A stretch of DNA of 64,000 nt from Ranitomeya imitator (Eukaryota). The notes under the pieces are model-generated. The model saw only the letters and a program-made list of their open reading frames with translations. It did no database searches and was not told where the DNA came from. The stretch spans positions 129,828,001 to 129,892,000 of the forward strand of contig NC_091291.1 in NCBI RefSeq assembly GCF_032444005.1, given 5' to 3'. Positions 1 through 11,800 of the stretch are shown here, one piece after another (position 1 is the stretch's first letter; every line of letters begins with the position of its first letter). The position numbers and the translations under genes are program-made.

Positions 1-560
1 AGACATGTCAGCCGCCTCCCTCCTCACCTCTCCGCTGCTGCCTCCGGACACGTCCCGGAACCGTCTCAGGTTACTCCCGATAGCCACGGAGACTTGCAGC
101 GCCGCATCAAAGCCCGGTCCAACCCCCCCACAGCTCCCGGGGCCCCCGGAGCTTCCGTATGGGGCCCCCGTCCTGCATCCGGTGCCACCGACATCCTCCC
201 TCAGCACGGCCGCCAGTCTGTGTTTAGCCCCCAGTCTCCGGCCGGTCCCAGGCCGAGCTGGGAACCGCCACCGACAGCTGTGCGCCATTTTGTGTCCTGG
301 GATCTTATTATCACCGCGGGCTGGAGAGCAACAGCAACTGAGCGGGGCCGGGGGAGGAGATACGGAGCCCGGGAACCTGCATAGTGCATAGCACACCGTG
401 TGACCGCAGGGGGGCAACATAGCGCACACAGAGCACAGGACGGGCTGAGGGGCGGAGCCCGGGAACATGGGTATACTCATAACCGCCACGGTAACCATAG
501 CACTGAGGAGATACTCATACAGAGGCCCGGGCCTGGGAGGAGCTGCTGCTGCCCGGGACA
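1..560 (-). promoter_or_regulatory. CpG-island promoter/5' region of kmt2a
   Basis: GC- and CpG-rich sequence around exon 1. YY1-type motif CAAAATGGCG (minus, 284-293) overlaps the start codon. Confidence 0.7.
28..288 (-). CDS. kmt2a: Histone-lysine N-methyltransferase 2A (MLL1), coding exon 1 (87 codons; gene continues off the left edge)
   Basis: Manual translation from ATG at 288 gives MAHSCRWRFPARPGT...VGPGFDAALQVSVAIGSNLRRFRDVSGGSSGE. This matches the recalled human KMT2A N-terminus (MAHSCRWRFPARPGT; VGPGFDAALQVSAAIGTNLRRFR). The exon ends GAG|gtgagg in phase 0 at the same SGE position as human exon 1. Not in the ORF track. Confidence 0.96.
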
Positions 561-645
561 TGGATGCTGCTATGTTACATGGAGTCACACATTACTAATA
601 CTGACAGATCCTGTAACTTCTATATAGAGCCATCACTACACTACT

Positions 646-3200
646 GCCCGAGCACACTCACTGCTGTCCAAGCCTCACCGACGTCCGAGCACGCTCGCCC
701 CACACCGCCGTCCGAGAACGCTTGCCACACCGCCGTCCAAGCCTCACCGCCGTCCTAACACGCTCGCCCCACACCGCCCACCGAGAACGCTCGCCACACC
801 GCCGTCCAAGCCTCACCGCCGTCCGAGAACGCTCGCCACACCGCCGTCCAAGCCTCACCGCCGTCCGAGCACTCTCACCCCACACTGCTGTCTGAGCACG
901 CTCGCCCCACACCGCCGTCCGAGAACACTCTCTCCACACCGCCGTCCAAGCCTCACCGCCGTCCGAGCACTCTCACCCCACACTGCTGTCTGAGCACGCT
1001 CGCCCCACACCGCCGTCCGAGAACACTCTCTCCACACCGCCGTCCAAGACTCACCACCGTCCGAGCACGCTCGCCCCACACCGCCGTCCGAGAACGCTCG
1101 CCACACCTCCGTCCAAGCCTCACCGCCGTCCGAGCACTCTCGCCCCACACCGCCGTTTGAGCACGCTCGCCCCACACCGCCGTCCGAGAACACTCTCTCC
1201 ACACCGCCGTCCAAGACTCACCACCGTCCGAGCACGCTCGCCCCACACCGCCGTCCGAGAACTCTCTCTCCAGACCGCCGTCCGAGAACGCTCGCCACAC
1301 CTCCGTCCAAGCCTCACCGCCGTCCGAGCACTCTCGCCCCACACCGCCGTTTGAGCACGCTCGCCCCACACCGCCGTCCGAGAACACTCTCCGCACCGCC
1401 GTCCGAACACTCTCGCCCCAAACCGCCGTCTGAGCACGCTCGCCCCACACCGCTGTCTGAGAACACTCTCTCCACACCGCCGTCCAAGACTCACCACCGT
1501 CCGAGCACGCTCGCCCCACACCGCCGTCCGAGAACGCTCTCTCCACACCGCCGTCCAAGACTCACCACCGTCCGAGCACACTCGCCCCACACCGCCGTCC
1601 AAGCCTCACCGCTGTCCGAGCACTCTCGCCCCCACACCGCCGTCCGAGAACACTCTCTCCACACCGCCGTCCAAGCCTCACTGCCGTCCGAGCACTCTCG
1701 CCCCACACTGCCGTCCGAGAACACTCTCCACACCGCCGTCCAAGCTTCACCGCTGTCCGAGCACTCTCGCCCCACACCGCCGTCTGAGCACGCTCACCCC
1801 ACACCGCCGTCCGAGAACACTCTCCACACCGCCGTCCAAGCTTCACCGCCGTCCGAGCACTCTCGCCCCACACCGCCGTCCGAGCACGCTCGCCCCACAC
1901 CGCCGTCTGAGCACGCTCGCCCCAGACCGCCGTCCGAGAACACTCTCTCCACACCGCCGTCCAAGCCTCACCGCCGTCCGAGCACTCTCGCCCCACACCG
2001 CCGTCCGAGAACGCTCTCTCCACACCGCCGTCCAAGCCTCACCGCCATCCAAGCACTCTCGCCCCACACCGCCGTCTGAGCACGCACGCCGCACACCGCC
2101 GTCTGAGCACTCACGCCCTACACCGCTGTCCAAGCCTCACCGCCGTCCGAGCACACTCGCCCCACACCGCCTTCCGAGCACACTCGCGCCACACCGCCGT
2201 CCAAGACTCACCACCGTCCGAGCACACTCGCCCCACACCGCCGTCCAAGCCTCACCGCTGTCCGAGCACTCTCGCCCCACACCGCCGTCCGAGAACACTC
2301 TCTCCACACCGCCGTCCAAGCCTCACTGCCGTCCGAGCACTCTCGCCCCACACTGCCGTCTGAGCACGCTCACCCCACACCGCCGTCCGAGAACACTCTC
2401 CACACCGCCGTCCAAGCTTCACCGCCGTCCGAGCACTCTTGCCCCACACCGCCGTCCGAGCACTCTCGCCCCACACCGCCGTCCGAGAACACTCTCTCCA
2501 CACCGCCGTCCAAGCCTCAGCGCCGTCCGAGCACTCTCGCCCCACACCGCCGTCCGAGAACGCTCTCTCCACACCGCCGTCCAAGCCTCACCGCCATCCA
2601 AGCACTCTCGCCCCACACCGCCGTCTGAGCACGCTCGCCGCACACCGCCGTCTGAGCACTCACGCCCTACACCGCTGTCCAAGCCTCACCGCCGTCCGAG
2701 CACACTCGCCCCACACCGCCTTCCGAGCACACTCGCGCCACACCGCCATCCAAGCCTCACCACCGTCCGAACACACTCGTCCCACACCGCCGTCCGAGCA
2801 CACTCACCCCACACCGCCATCCAAGCCTCACCAATGTCCGAACACACTTGCCCCACACTGCCGTCCAAGCACACTCACCACTGTTCCTACACACTGAACG
2901 CCACACCGCCATTAAAGTACACTCACGCCACACCACCGTCTAAGCACACTCACGCCACACAGCCGTCGGAGCACACTCACTCCTCACCACCACTCGAGCA
3001 CACTCACCCCTCACCGTCTTCCGAGCACACTCACTTGTCGCCACCCGAGCACACTCACTCCTCACTGCCGCCATCCGAGTACACTCACTCACTTCCATCA
3101 TCCGAGCACACTCATCCCTCACTACAATCTGACCACACACACACCTCTGTCCGAGCACACTCGCCACCGTCCAAGCATACTACCTGCACTAGCCATGTGC
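646..3200. repeat. GC-rich minisatellite with higher-order structure (27-bp and 17-bp units sharing the core ACCGCCGTC)
   Basis: Units such as ACCGCCGTCCGAGAACACTCTCTCCAC (27 bp), ACCGCCGTCCGAGCACTCTCGCCCCAC (27 bp) and ACCGCCGTCCAAGCCTC (17 bp) recur in roughly 98-bp blocks. The array decays toward 3200. It explains all repetitive ORFs from 658 to 3223. Confidence 0.95.
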
Positions 3201-3207
3201 CGTCATT

Positions 3208-3372
3208 GAGTGACGGACCCTGAGATGTGGGCTGCAGCGTTTCCGGGTCCGTCACCGCTAGCGCAGATAGAGCTAGCACTTGCGCGCTGCAAAACCCGCA
3301 CTTGCGTTAACAGCAGCCCGTTAACGTATGTGTTGAACGGGCTGCTGTTAACGCAATGTGAACCCAGCTTCA
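3208..3372. mobile_element. Partial palindromic MITE (right end), same family as 44333-44660
   Basis: Shares TGACGGAC...GTCACCGCTAGC...TTGAACGGGCTG...GTGAACC with the 44333-44660 element. Confidence 0.6.
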
Positions 3373-3894
3373 CATACAGCCAGGTACCTATTATCTCCTC
3401 TGCTGCTCCTGACATCCATGGTACAGCCAGCGTTATTTCCAAACTCAGTCCAATGTACCATGTGTTGTCTACATCTAACACCAAGCAATCAAGATACCAA
3501 CTTCACACAACTTTTCTCCGTGTTGTTCACACTTGACCTCTGCAATCAAGGTAACAAAATTCTTCAAGCAATTCTCCAGATGACCAATACTTAATTGCTA
3601 CCCGATGGTTAACCATTTCCTTGCTACAAGTTCCAGTTTCCATTCATCGCTGCCATTAATCATTGTTCTGCTGGAAGATACCAGACTACTTTTTCTCATC
3701 TATCATACCTATAACTAACTGTATCCTTGCTGGAAGATACTTGATTGCATAGCTCTACAGAAACTGGGTAAGAATACAAGGAGAGAAGAACAGAAAGGTC
3801 GCTTTTGTAGATGTTTGCTATAGCCCACCTTGACTGACTGAAGATACGAACGATCTCTTTTTACATCAGATGTCCCTGTTCTAAAAAAAAAATG

Positions 3895-4540
3895 ACATAG
3901 TGATCATGGAAGATTTTAACTATCCAGATATTTATTGGGAATCTCTCTCAGGCAAAAGTAATGGGTCCAGAAGATTCTTATCTTTTCTCGCTGACTACTT
4001 TATCTTTCAAAAGGTATAAGAGAGAATAAGAGGACTTATCATCTTGGACCTAATTTTTACCAACAGAGAGGAAATGGTTGAGGAAGTAAAAGTGGCTGTG
4101 AATTTAAGAGGCAGCGCTCATGCTATCCTCAAATTTTGGATTACAAGAGGTGGAAGATGAGCGAGGACTCCGATTTTAAGGTTGGATTTCAGAAAGGCAG
4201 ATGTTGATGGACTCAGAAAGAGGGTATAAAATGTCCAATAGCTGCAGGTTCTAAAGGACAGAAATGTTAAAGAAAGGATAGGAGATTTGACAAAATTAAA
4301 TTCTCACTGCGCTATCAGTAATAATCCCAAAAAGAAGGAAGAATTGGAAGCATTTAAATACACCAGGATGGATGAACACAAAACTTTAACACTTGTTCAA
4401 AAGGAAAAAGGAAATGTATATTAAACGGAAAGAGGGGGTTATATCGAAAGAAGAATATAATGTTGTCTACAAGGAATGCAGGGCAAGCATTAGAAGAGCT
4501 AAAGCCAGTTATGAAGTGAAGCTCGCAAGGGACAGCGCGG
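3895..4540 (+). mobile_element. Degenerate CR1 LINE ORF2 fragment (endonuclease C-terminus and linker)
   Basis: Translation with stops gives IMEDFNYPDIYW...SRRFLSFL...ILDLIFTNREEMVEEV...LDFRKAD, matching CR1 APE motifs GDFNYPDI, LDLIFTN and LDFRKA. Confidence 0.8.
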
Positions 4541-4545
4541 CAAAC

Positions 4546-4668
4546 ACTGGATGTTTGTACCCCCCATTCAAGTGAATAGGGTCCGGGTACTGTTCTGGTA
4601 CCCAGACCCAAACTTTTTGTAAGTGTTCGGCCGAACCCAAACATTCAGGTGTCTGCCCATCTCTAGCA
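4546..4668. mobile_element. Right-end fragment of a hAT-like MITE (TAG...CTA termini family)
   Basis: Ends CCGAACCCAAACATTCAGGTGTCTGCCCATCTCTA, resembling the termini of 41132-41594 and 54075-54236. Confidence 0.45.
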
Positions 4669-5019
4669 GGGAGGAGTTTCTTGATTCTAGTTCGAACACA
4701 GCAGGAACATTTATCACAGGGAATGAAACCCACACTGGATGATAAAAATTCTTTAGATTTGTCACTGTTACTTTTCAACGAATTGCTCCAGATTTAATTG
4801 CGGGGGGGGGGGGGGGGGGAAGGGGGTTACAAGATTGCCTATTTTTTTGGGCTCTCCTATATATAAACCTCGGATAGTTTGGTAGTAATTCAACTATCAA
4901 TTTGTCCAATATTTCCTCACAATGTTGTTTTCAAATACCTCCTCCAAACTACCTTTACTGACTCTAGTGGATTAAAACAGTTCTCCATTAAGGATTCCAT
5001 CTCCTATCACCCAACTGGG

Positions 5020-5330
5020 TTCATATACCCCTTGTAACAAATTAATAATAAGGGCGCACAAAGACGGTTAACTACACGAGTTAAAGAACATCTCGAAAAT
5101 ATTCACAAAGGCTTCGAGGGACATCCTCTCTCGCCACTGTTTAGAGAAACACAACCGATCCTGTTTAGGTGTTCACTTTTGTGGCATACAACTTGTGAAA
5201 ATGAATTGGAGGGGTGGGAACTTTCTTACCGTAAGTCGATGTCTAGGATCGAGTCCAAATGGATATTTACGTTGGACAGCCTTCCCCAAAGGGACTAAAC
5301 AAAAAAATTGAGCTAGATGCTTTTTAGCAC
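5020..5330 (+). mobile_element. Penelope-like element GIY-YIG endonuclease C-terminal fragment (frameshifted)
   Basis: Pieces translate as GRTK/RLTTRVKEHLENIHKG...HPLS and MSRIESKWIFTLDSL/PKGLNKKIELDAF*, the typical PLE RLxxRxxEH...ExxWIxxLxxLxPxGLN pattern. Confidence 0.75.
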
Positions 5331-5388
5331 AATGGACTCGCGAAGCCAATTCATTTGGGAATATCTATGGGGTATTTTAATCACAATC

Positions 5389-6310
5389 TGTCACGGATCC
5401 CTCTCCGTGCTGCTACCAATTTGTCACGTACCAGCTCTCAGCATGTGACTTGGGGTTGCGTCTGCAAGGGTTAATCTATCTCCCCTCTCTCAGTCCAGCA
5501 TTCAACCTCTGTCCTATGCTGTAATGGGAGCACAAATCACAGACCAACACAGGCCACACACCCGCTCATACACGCTGCCACCACTCACCGAATACATGGG
5601 CGATGAGTCCCGGAAATATTACTGATACTGTCTATCACTCATAAGGGTCCCACCTTGGGCTATGGATTCTTTAGAACATATTAGTTTAAACTGTTAAAAG
5701 TTTTATGCTTTAATACAAAAAGGTTCAGTGCTTACAGTAAGAAAAAGGTATAAAAATATGATAATAAAAAGACATACAGCTATGCAAAACAGTATAAAAT
5801 AAACAGGAGAACACTTACAGAAATAGCTAACTTGTAGTCTGCATCTGCTGTCTGAGGGGGGTGAATAAGGATGGACTGAATCACATCAGCTTCCCAGGCT
5901 GCCCTCACGTGTGAACAATTTTGAATGTATGCAAGCCAAATTTATAGAGTCACCCTGGAGGTCAGATTTCTAGACCAGCCCCTCAAGTTGATATTCTAAT
6001 CACTTGTTTTTGATTGGACCACGGCAGCGCCCCCAATGAATATATTATTTTCTCTGAGATCCTTTGTGTAAAGCTTCCCACAGATAGATAGTGTCAGGCT
6101 GTAATTGACATCTCTCTTCCAAAGAGCCGAAGGTGGGAAGCGCGTCCTCTCTTTCTTGATCCTAGCTAGGCCCCCTGGTGAGATTGGAGACAGAAGTCTG
6201 CTGTCTCAGGAAAATACATATTAACACCTGGGTGAGACTTGCAGCCTTCAGAACAGATGTTAAATTATTACTAGTCACACAATAAACCTATGCGTAGTTC
6301 GATGCACACA
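5389..6310. mobile_element. Possible solo LTR
   Basis: Begins TGTCACG, ends ...TGCACA, and interrupts AT-rich Penelope-like sequence. No target-site duplication found. Confidence 0.35.
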
Positions 6311-7034
6311 TATATATTTATACATATTTCACTACACAATCTATATATCAATTGTATATTTATGTTTATACCATATACCGTATATACTCGAGTATAAGCC
6401 GAGATTTTCAGCCCAAATTTTTGGGCTGAAAGTGCCCCCCTCGGCTTATACTCGAGTCACGGTAGCGGTGGGGTTGGCGGGTGAGGGGAGAGGGCGCTGA
6501 GGTATACTTACCTAGTCCCAGCGATCCTCGCGCTGTCCCTGCCGTCCCACGGGCTTCGGTGCTGCAGCTTCTTCCTCTCTTCAGCGGTCACGTGGGACCG
6601 CTCATTACAGAAATGAATAAGCGGCTCCACCTCCCATAGGGGCGGAGCCGCTTATTCATTTCTCTAATCAGCGGTGCCGGTGACCGCTGATAGAGAAAGA
6701 AGCTGCGGCACCGAAGACAGGAGGGGACAGCGCGAGGATCGCCAGGACTAGGTGAGTATGTCATATTCACCTGTCCTCGTTCCAGCCGCCGGGCGCCGCT
6801 CCATCTTCCCGGCCGGCGCCTCCATCTTCCCGGCGTCTGCGCTCTCTGACTGATCAGGCAGAGGGCGCGATGACGCATACAGTGTGCGCGGCGCCCTCTG
6901 CCTGATCAGTCAGAGCAGAGACGCCGGGAAGATGGAGGCGCCGGAACGAGACGCCGGGAGCTGCAATCAAGGGAGGTGAGTATGTGTTTTTTTTCTTTAT
7001 TGCGGCAGCGGCGGCACAAATTTATGTGGAACAT

Positions 7035-7984
7035 CTATGGGGCACAGTGAACGGTGCAGAGCACCGTATAAGGCACAGCTAGGGGGCACAATGAACGGTG
7101 CAGAGCACCGTATATGGCACAGCACAGCTATGGGGCACAGTGAACGGTGCAGGGCACCGTATATGGCACATCTATGGGGCACAGTGAACGGTGCAGAGCA
7201 CTGTATATGGCACAGCACAGCTATGGGGCACAGTGAACGGTGCAGAGCACCGTATATGGCACAGCACAGCTATGGGGCACAGTGAACGGTGCAGAGCACC
7301 GTATATGGCACAGCACAGCTATGGGGCACAGTGAACGGTGCAGAGCACCGTATATGGCACAGCACAGCTATGGGGCACAGTGAACGGTGCAGAGCACCGT
7401 ATATGGCACAGCACAGCTATGGGGCACAGTGAACGGTGCAGAGCACCGTATATGGCACATCTATGGGGCACAATGAACGGTGCAGAGCACCGTATATGGC
7501 ACAGCTAGGGGGCACAATGAACGGTGCAGAGCACTGTATATGGCACAGCACAGCTATGGGGCACAGTGAACGGTGCAGAGCACCGTATATGGCACAGCAC
7601 AGCTATGTATGGGGCACAGTGAACGGTGCAGAGCACCGTATATGGCACAGCACAGCTATGGGGCACAGTGAACGGTGCAGAGCACCGTATATGGCACAGC
7701 ACAGCTATGTATGGGGCACAGTGAACGGTGCAGAGCACCGTATATGGCACAGCACAGCTATGGGGCACAGTGAACGGTGCAGAGCACCGTATATGGCACA
7801 TCTATGGGGCACAATGAACGGTGCAGAGCACCGTATATGGCACAGCTAGGGGGCACAATGAACGGTGCAGAGCACCGTATATGGCACAGCTATGGGGCAC
7901 AGTGAACGGTGCAGAGCACTGTATATGGCACATCTATGGGGCACAATGAACGGTGCAGAGCACCGTATATGGCACAGCTAGGGG
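7035..7984. repeat. 44-49 bp minisatellite inside the pogo-like MITE (resumes at 13676-13765 after the LTR element)
   Basis: Unit CTATGGGGCACAGTGAACGGTGCAGAGCACCGTATATGGCACAGCACAG with internal hairpin ACGGTGC-AGA-GCACCGT. Confidence 0.95.
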
Positions 7985-8733
7985 TGTTGTGAATTCTGTG
8001 GCTGAGTTCACTTCTGTGGTCACAAGTGGTATTGCAGTCTCTGGGCTTCCTCCCTCAGGTGTTTTGGTGAGCTCGTTGGCTGCCTTGCTATTTAGCTCCA
8101 CCTGAGTCTGTCTTCCTTGCTCCTTGTCAATGTTCCAGTGTTGGATCTGAGCTACTGCATCTTTCCTTGGGCCTGCTGCTCTGCTAGATAAGTGCTTCTA
8201 GTTTGTTTTCTGTTTTTTCTGTCCAGCTTGTTATTATCTTTTGCTGGAAGCTCTGAGAAGCAAAGGGGTGCACCGCCGTGCTGTTAGTTCGGCACGGTGG
8301 GTCTTTTTTGCCCCTTTGCGTGGTTTTCGTTTTAGGGTTTTTTGTAGACTGCATAGTTCTCTTTGCTATCCTCGCTCTGTCTAGAATATCGGGCCTCACT
8401 TTGCTGAATCTATTTCATTCCTACGTTTGTCTTTTCATCTTGCTAACAGTCATTATATGTGGGGGCTGCCTATTCCTTTGGGGTATTTCTCTGAGGTAAG
8501 TCAGGCTTGTATTTCTATCTTCAGGCTAGTCAGCTCCTCAGGCAGTGCCGAGTTGCATAGGTAGTTGTTAGGCGCAATCCACTGCTGCTTCCAGTTGTGT
8601 GAGGACAGTTCAGGTACTGCAGTCTACAGAGATTCCACGTCTCAGAGCTCGTCCTATTGTTTTGGGTTTTTGCCAGATCTCTGTATGTGCGCTGATTACT
8701 GCACGCTGTGTTGCCTGATTGCCAGCCATAACA
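7985..8733 (+). repeat. 5' LTR (749 bp)
   Basis: TGTTGTG...CATAACA, direct repeat of 12927-13675 at offset 4942. The ORF track shows identical peptides in both copies. Confidence 0.97.
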
Positions 8734-8865
8734 GTACAAGGAGCCAATTCAATGATTTCCAATAGAGGGAAAAAAGAAATCCTGACATCATTTTTTTTTC
8801 TTAGCTCTGTCTTCAGTCTTTTTTTTCCCCTAGACATTAGAGTGCTTCAGGACACAGCTGTGGAC

Positions 8866-11800
8866 ATGGATATTCAGGCTCTGTGCTCCTCAATGGATAA
8901 TCTCGTTGTAAATGTACAAAAGATTCAAGATACTATTGATCAGAAATCGATGCTAGAACCAAGAATTCCGATTCCTGATTTGTTTTTTGGTGACAGAACT
9001 AAGTTCCTGAGCTTCAGAAATAATTGTAAGCTATTTTTGGCCTTGAAACCTCATTCTTCTGGTAATCCTATTCAACAGGTTTTGATTATTATTTCTTTTT
9101 TGCGCGGCGACCCACAGGACTGGGCGTTTTCTCTTGCACCAGGAGATTCTGCATTGAGTAATGTTGATGCATTTTTCCAGGCGCTGGGATTGCTTTACGA
9201 TGAGCCTAATTCAGTGGATCAAGCTGAGAAAAATCTGCTGGCTTTATGCCAGGGTCAGGATGATGTAGAAGTATATTGTCAGAAATTTAGAAAATGGTCA
9301 GTACTCACTCTGTGGAATGAATCTGCACTAGCGGCTTTGTTCAGAAAGGGTCTCTCTGAAGCTCTTAAGGATGTAATGGTGGGATTTCCTATGCCTGCTG
9401 GTTTGAATGAGTCTATGTCCTTGGCCATTCAGATCGGTCGTCGCTTGCGCGAGCGTAAATCTGTGCACCATCTGGCGGTATTGTCTGAGAGTAAGCCTGA
9501 GCCTATGCAGTGCAACAGGACTATGACTAAAGTAGAACGGCACGAACACAGACGTCTGAACAGACTGTGTTTCTATTGTGGTGATTCTACTCATGCTATT
9601 TCTAATTGTCCTAAACGCACTAGGCGGTTCGATAGCTCTGCCGTTATTGGTACTGTACAGTCCAAATTCCTTTTGTCCATTACCTTAATGTGCTCTTTGT
9701 CATCATATTCTGTCATGGCGTTTGTGGATTCAGGCGCTGCCCTGAATCTGATGGATTTGGATTATGCTAAACGTTGTGGATTTTTCTTGGAGCCTTTGCA
9801 GTGTCCTATTCCGTTGAGAGGAATTGATGCTACACCTCTGGCCAAGAATAAGCCTCAGTACTGGGCCCAGCTGACCATGTGCATGGCTCCTGCACATCAG
9901 GAAGTTATTCGCTTTTTGGTACTGCATAATTTGCATGATGTGGTCGTGTTGGGGTTGCCATGGCTACAAACCCATAATCCAGTATTGGATTGGAACTCTA
10001 TGTCGGTAACCAGCTGGGGTTGTCAGGGAGTACATGGTGATGTTCCATTTTTGTCTATTTCGTCATCCATTCCTTCTGACATCCCAGAGTTCTTGTCGGA
10101 CTTTCAGGATGTATTTGAAGAGTCCAAGTCTGATGCCCTTCCTCCGCATAGGAATTGTGATTGTGCTATCGATTTGATTCCTGGTAGTAAATTCCCTAAG
10201 GGTCGTTTATTTAATTTGTCCGTACCTGAACACACCGCTATGCGCAGTTATGTGAAGGAGTCCCTGGAGAAGGGACATATTCGCCCATCGTCGTCACCAT
10301 TGGGAGCAGGGTTCTTTTTTGTAGCCAAGAAGGATGGTTCGCTAAGACCGTGTATTGATTACCGCCTTCTTAATAAGATCACTGTTAAGTTTCAGTATCC
10401 CTTGCCATTGATTTCTGACTTGTTTGCTCGGATTAAGGGGGCTAGTTGGTTTACTAAGATTGATCTTCGTGGTGCGTATAATCTGGTGAGAATCAGGCAG
10501 GGAGATGAATGGAAAACGGCATTTAATACGCCCGAGGGTCATTTTGAGTATCTGGTGATGCCGTTCGGACTTGCCAATGCTCCATCTGTTTTTCAGTCTT
10601 TTATGCATGACATTTTCCGTGAGTATCTGGATAAATTCTTGATTGTTTACTTGGATGACATTTTGATCTTCTCAGATGATTGGGAGTCTCATGTAAAGCA
10701 AGTCAGAATGGTGTTCCAGGTACTGCGTGCTAATTCCTTGTTCGTGAAGGGATCAAAGTGTCTCTTCGGTGTGCAGAAAGTTTCATTTTTGGGGTTCATC
10801 TTTTCCCCTTCTACTATCGAGATGGATCCGGTTAAGGTTCAGGCCATCCAGGATTGGACTCAGCCGACATCTCTAAAAAGTTTGCAGAAATTCCTGGGCT
10901 TTGCTAATTTTTATCGTCGCTTCATCTGTAATTTTTCTAGCATTGCCAGACCATTGACCGATTTGACCAAGAAGGGTGCTGATTTGGTTAATTGGTCTTC
11001 TGCTGCCGTGGAAGCTTTTCAGGAGTTGAAGCGTCGTTTTTGCTGTGCCCCTGTGTTGTGTCAACCTGATGTTTCTCTTCCGTTCCAGGTCGAGGTTGAT
11101 GCTTCTGAGATTGGTGCAGGGGCGGTTTTGTCACAGAGAGGTTCTGGTTGCTCAGTGTTCAAACCATGTGCTTTCTTTTCCAGGAAATTTTCTGCTGCTG
11201 AGCGTAATTATGATGTGGGCAACCGAGAGTTGCTGGCCATGAAGTGGGCATTCGAGGAGTGGCGTCATTGGCTTGAGGGTGCTAAGCATCGCGTGGTGGT
11301 TTTGACTGATCATAAGAACCTTACTTATCTTGAGTCTGCCAAGCGCTTGAATCCTAGACAGGCCCGTTGGTCGTTATTTTTTGCTCGTTTTGATTTTGTG
11401 ATTTCATACCTTCCGGGCTCTAAAAATGTGAAGGCGGATGCTCTGTCTAGGAGTTTTGTGCCCGACTCTCCGGGGTTATCTGAGCCGGCGAGTATCCTCA
11501 AGGAAGGAGTCATTGTGTCTGCCATCTCCCCTGATTTGCGGAGAGTGTTGCAGAAATTTCAGGCTAATAAACCTGATCGTTGTCCGGCCGAGAAACTGTT
11601 CGTCCCTGATAGGTGGACTAGTAAAGTTATCTCTGAACTTCATTGTTCGGTGCTGGCCGGTCATCCAGGAATCTTTGGTACCAGGGAGTTGGTTGCTAGA
11701 TCCTTCTGGTGGCCATCTCTGTCGCGGGATGTGCGTGCTTTTGTGCAGTCCTGTGGAATTTGTGCTAGGGCTAAGCCCTGCTGTTCACGTGCCAGTGGGT

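Noticed and set aside
5-391. Plus-strand ORFs of 128 and 96 aa and the 62-aa minus-strand ORF
   Set aside because: They are antisense or off-frame shadows of kmt2a exon 1 in GC-rich DNA. The real frame starts at 288 on the minus strand.
658-3223. Many long overlapping ORFs (up to 242 aa)
   Set aside because: They are stop-free translations of the minisatellite with no domain similarity.
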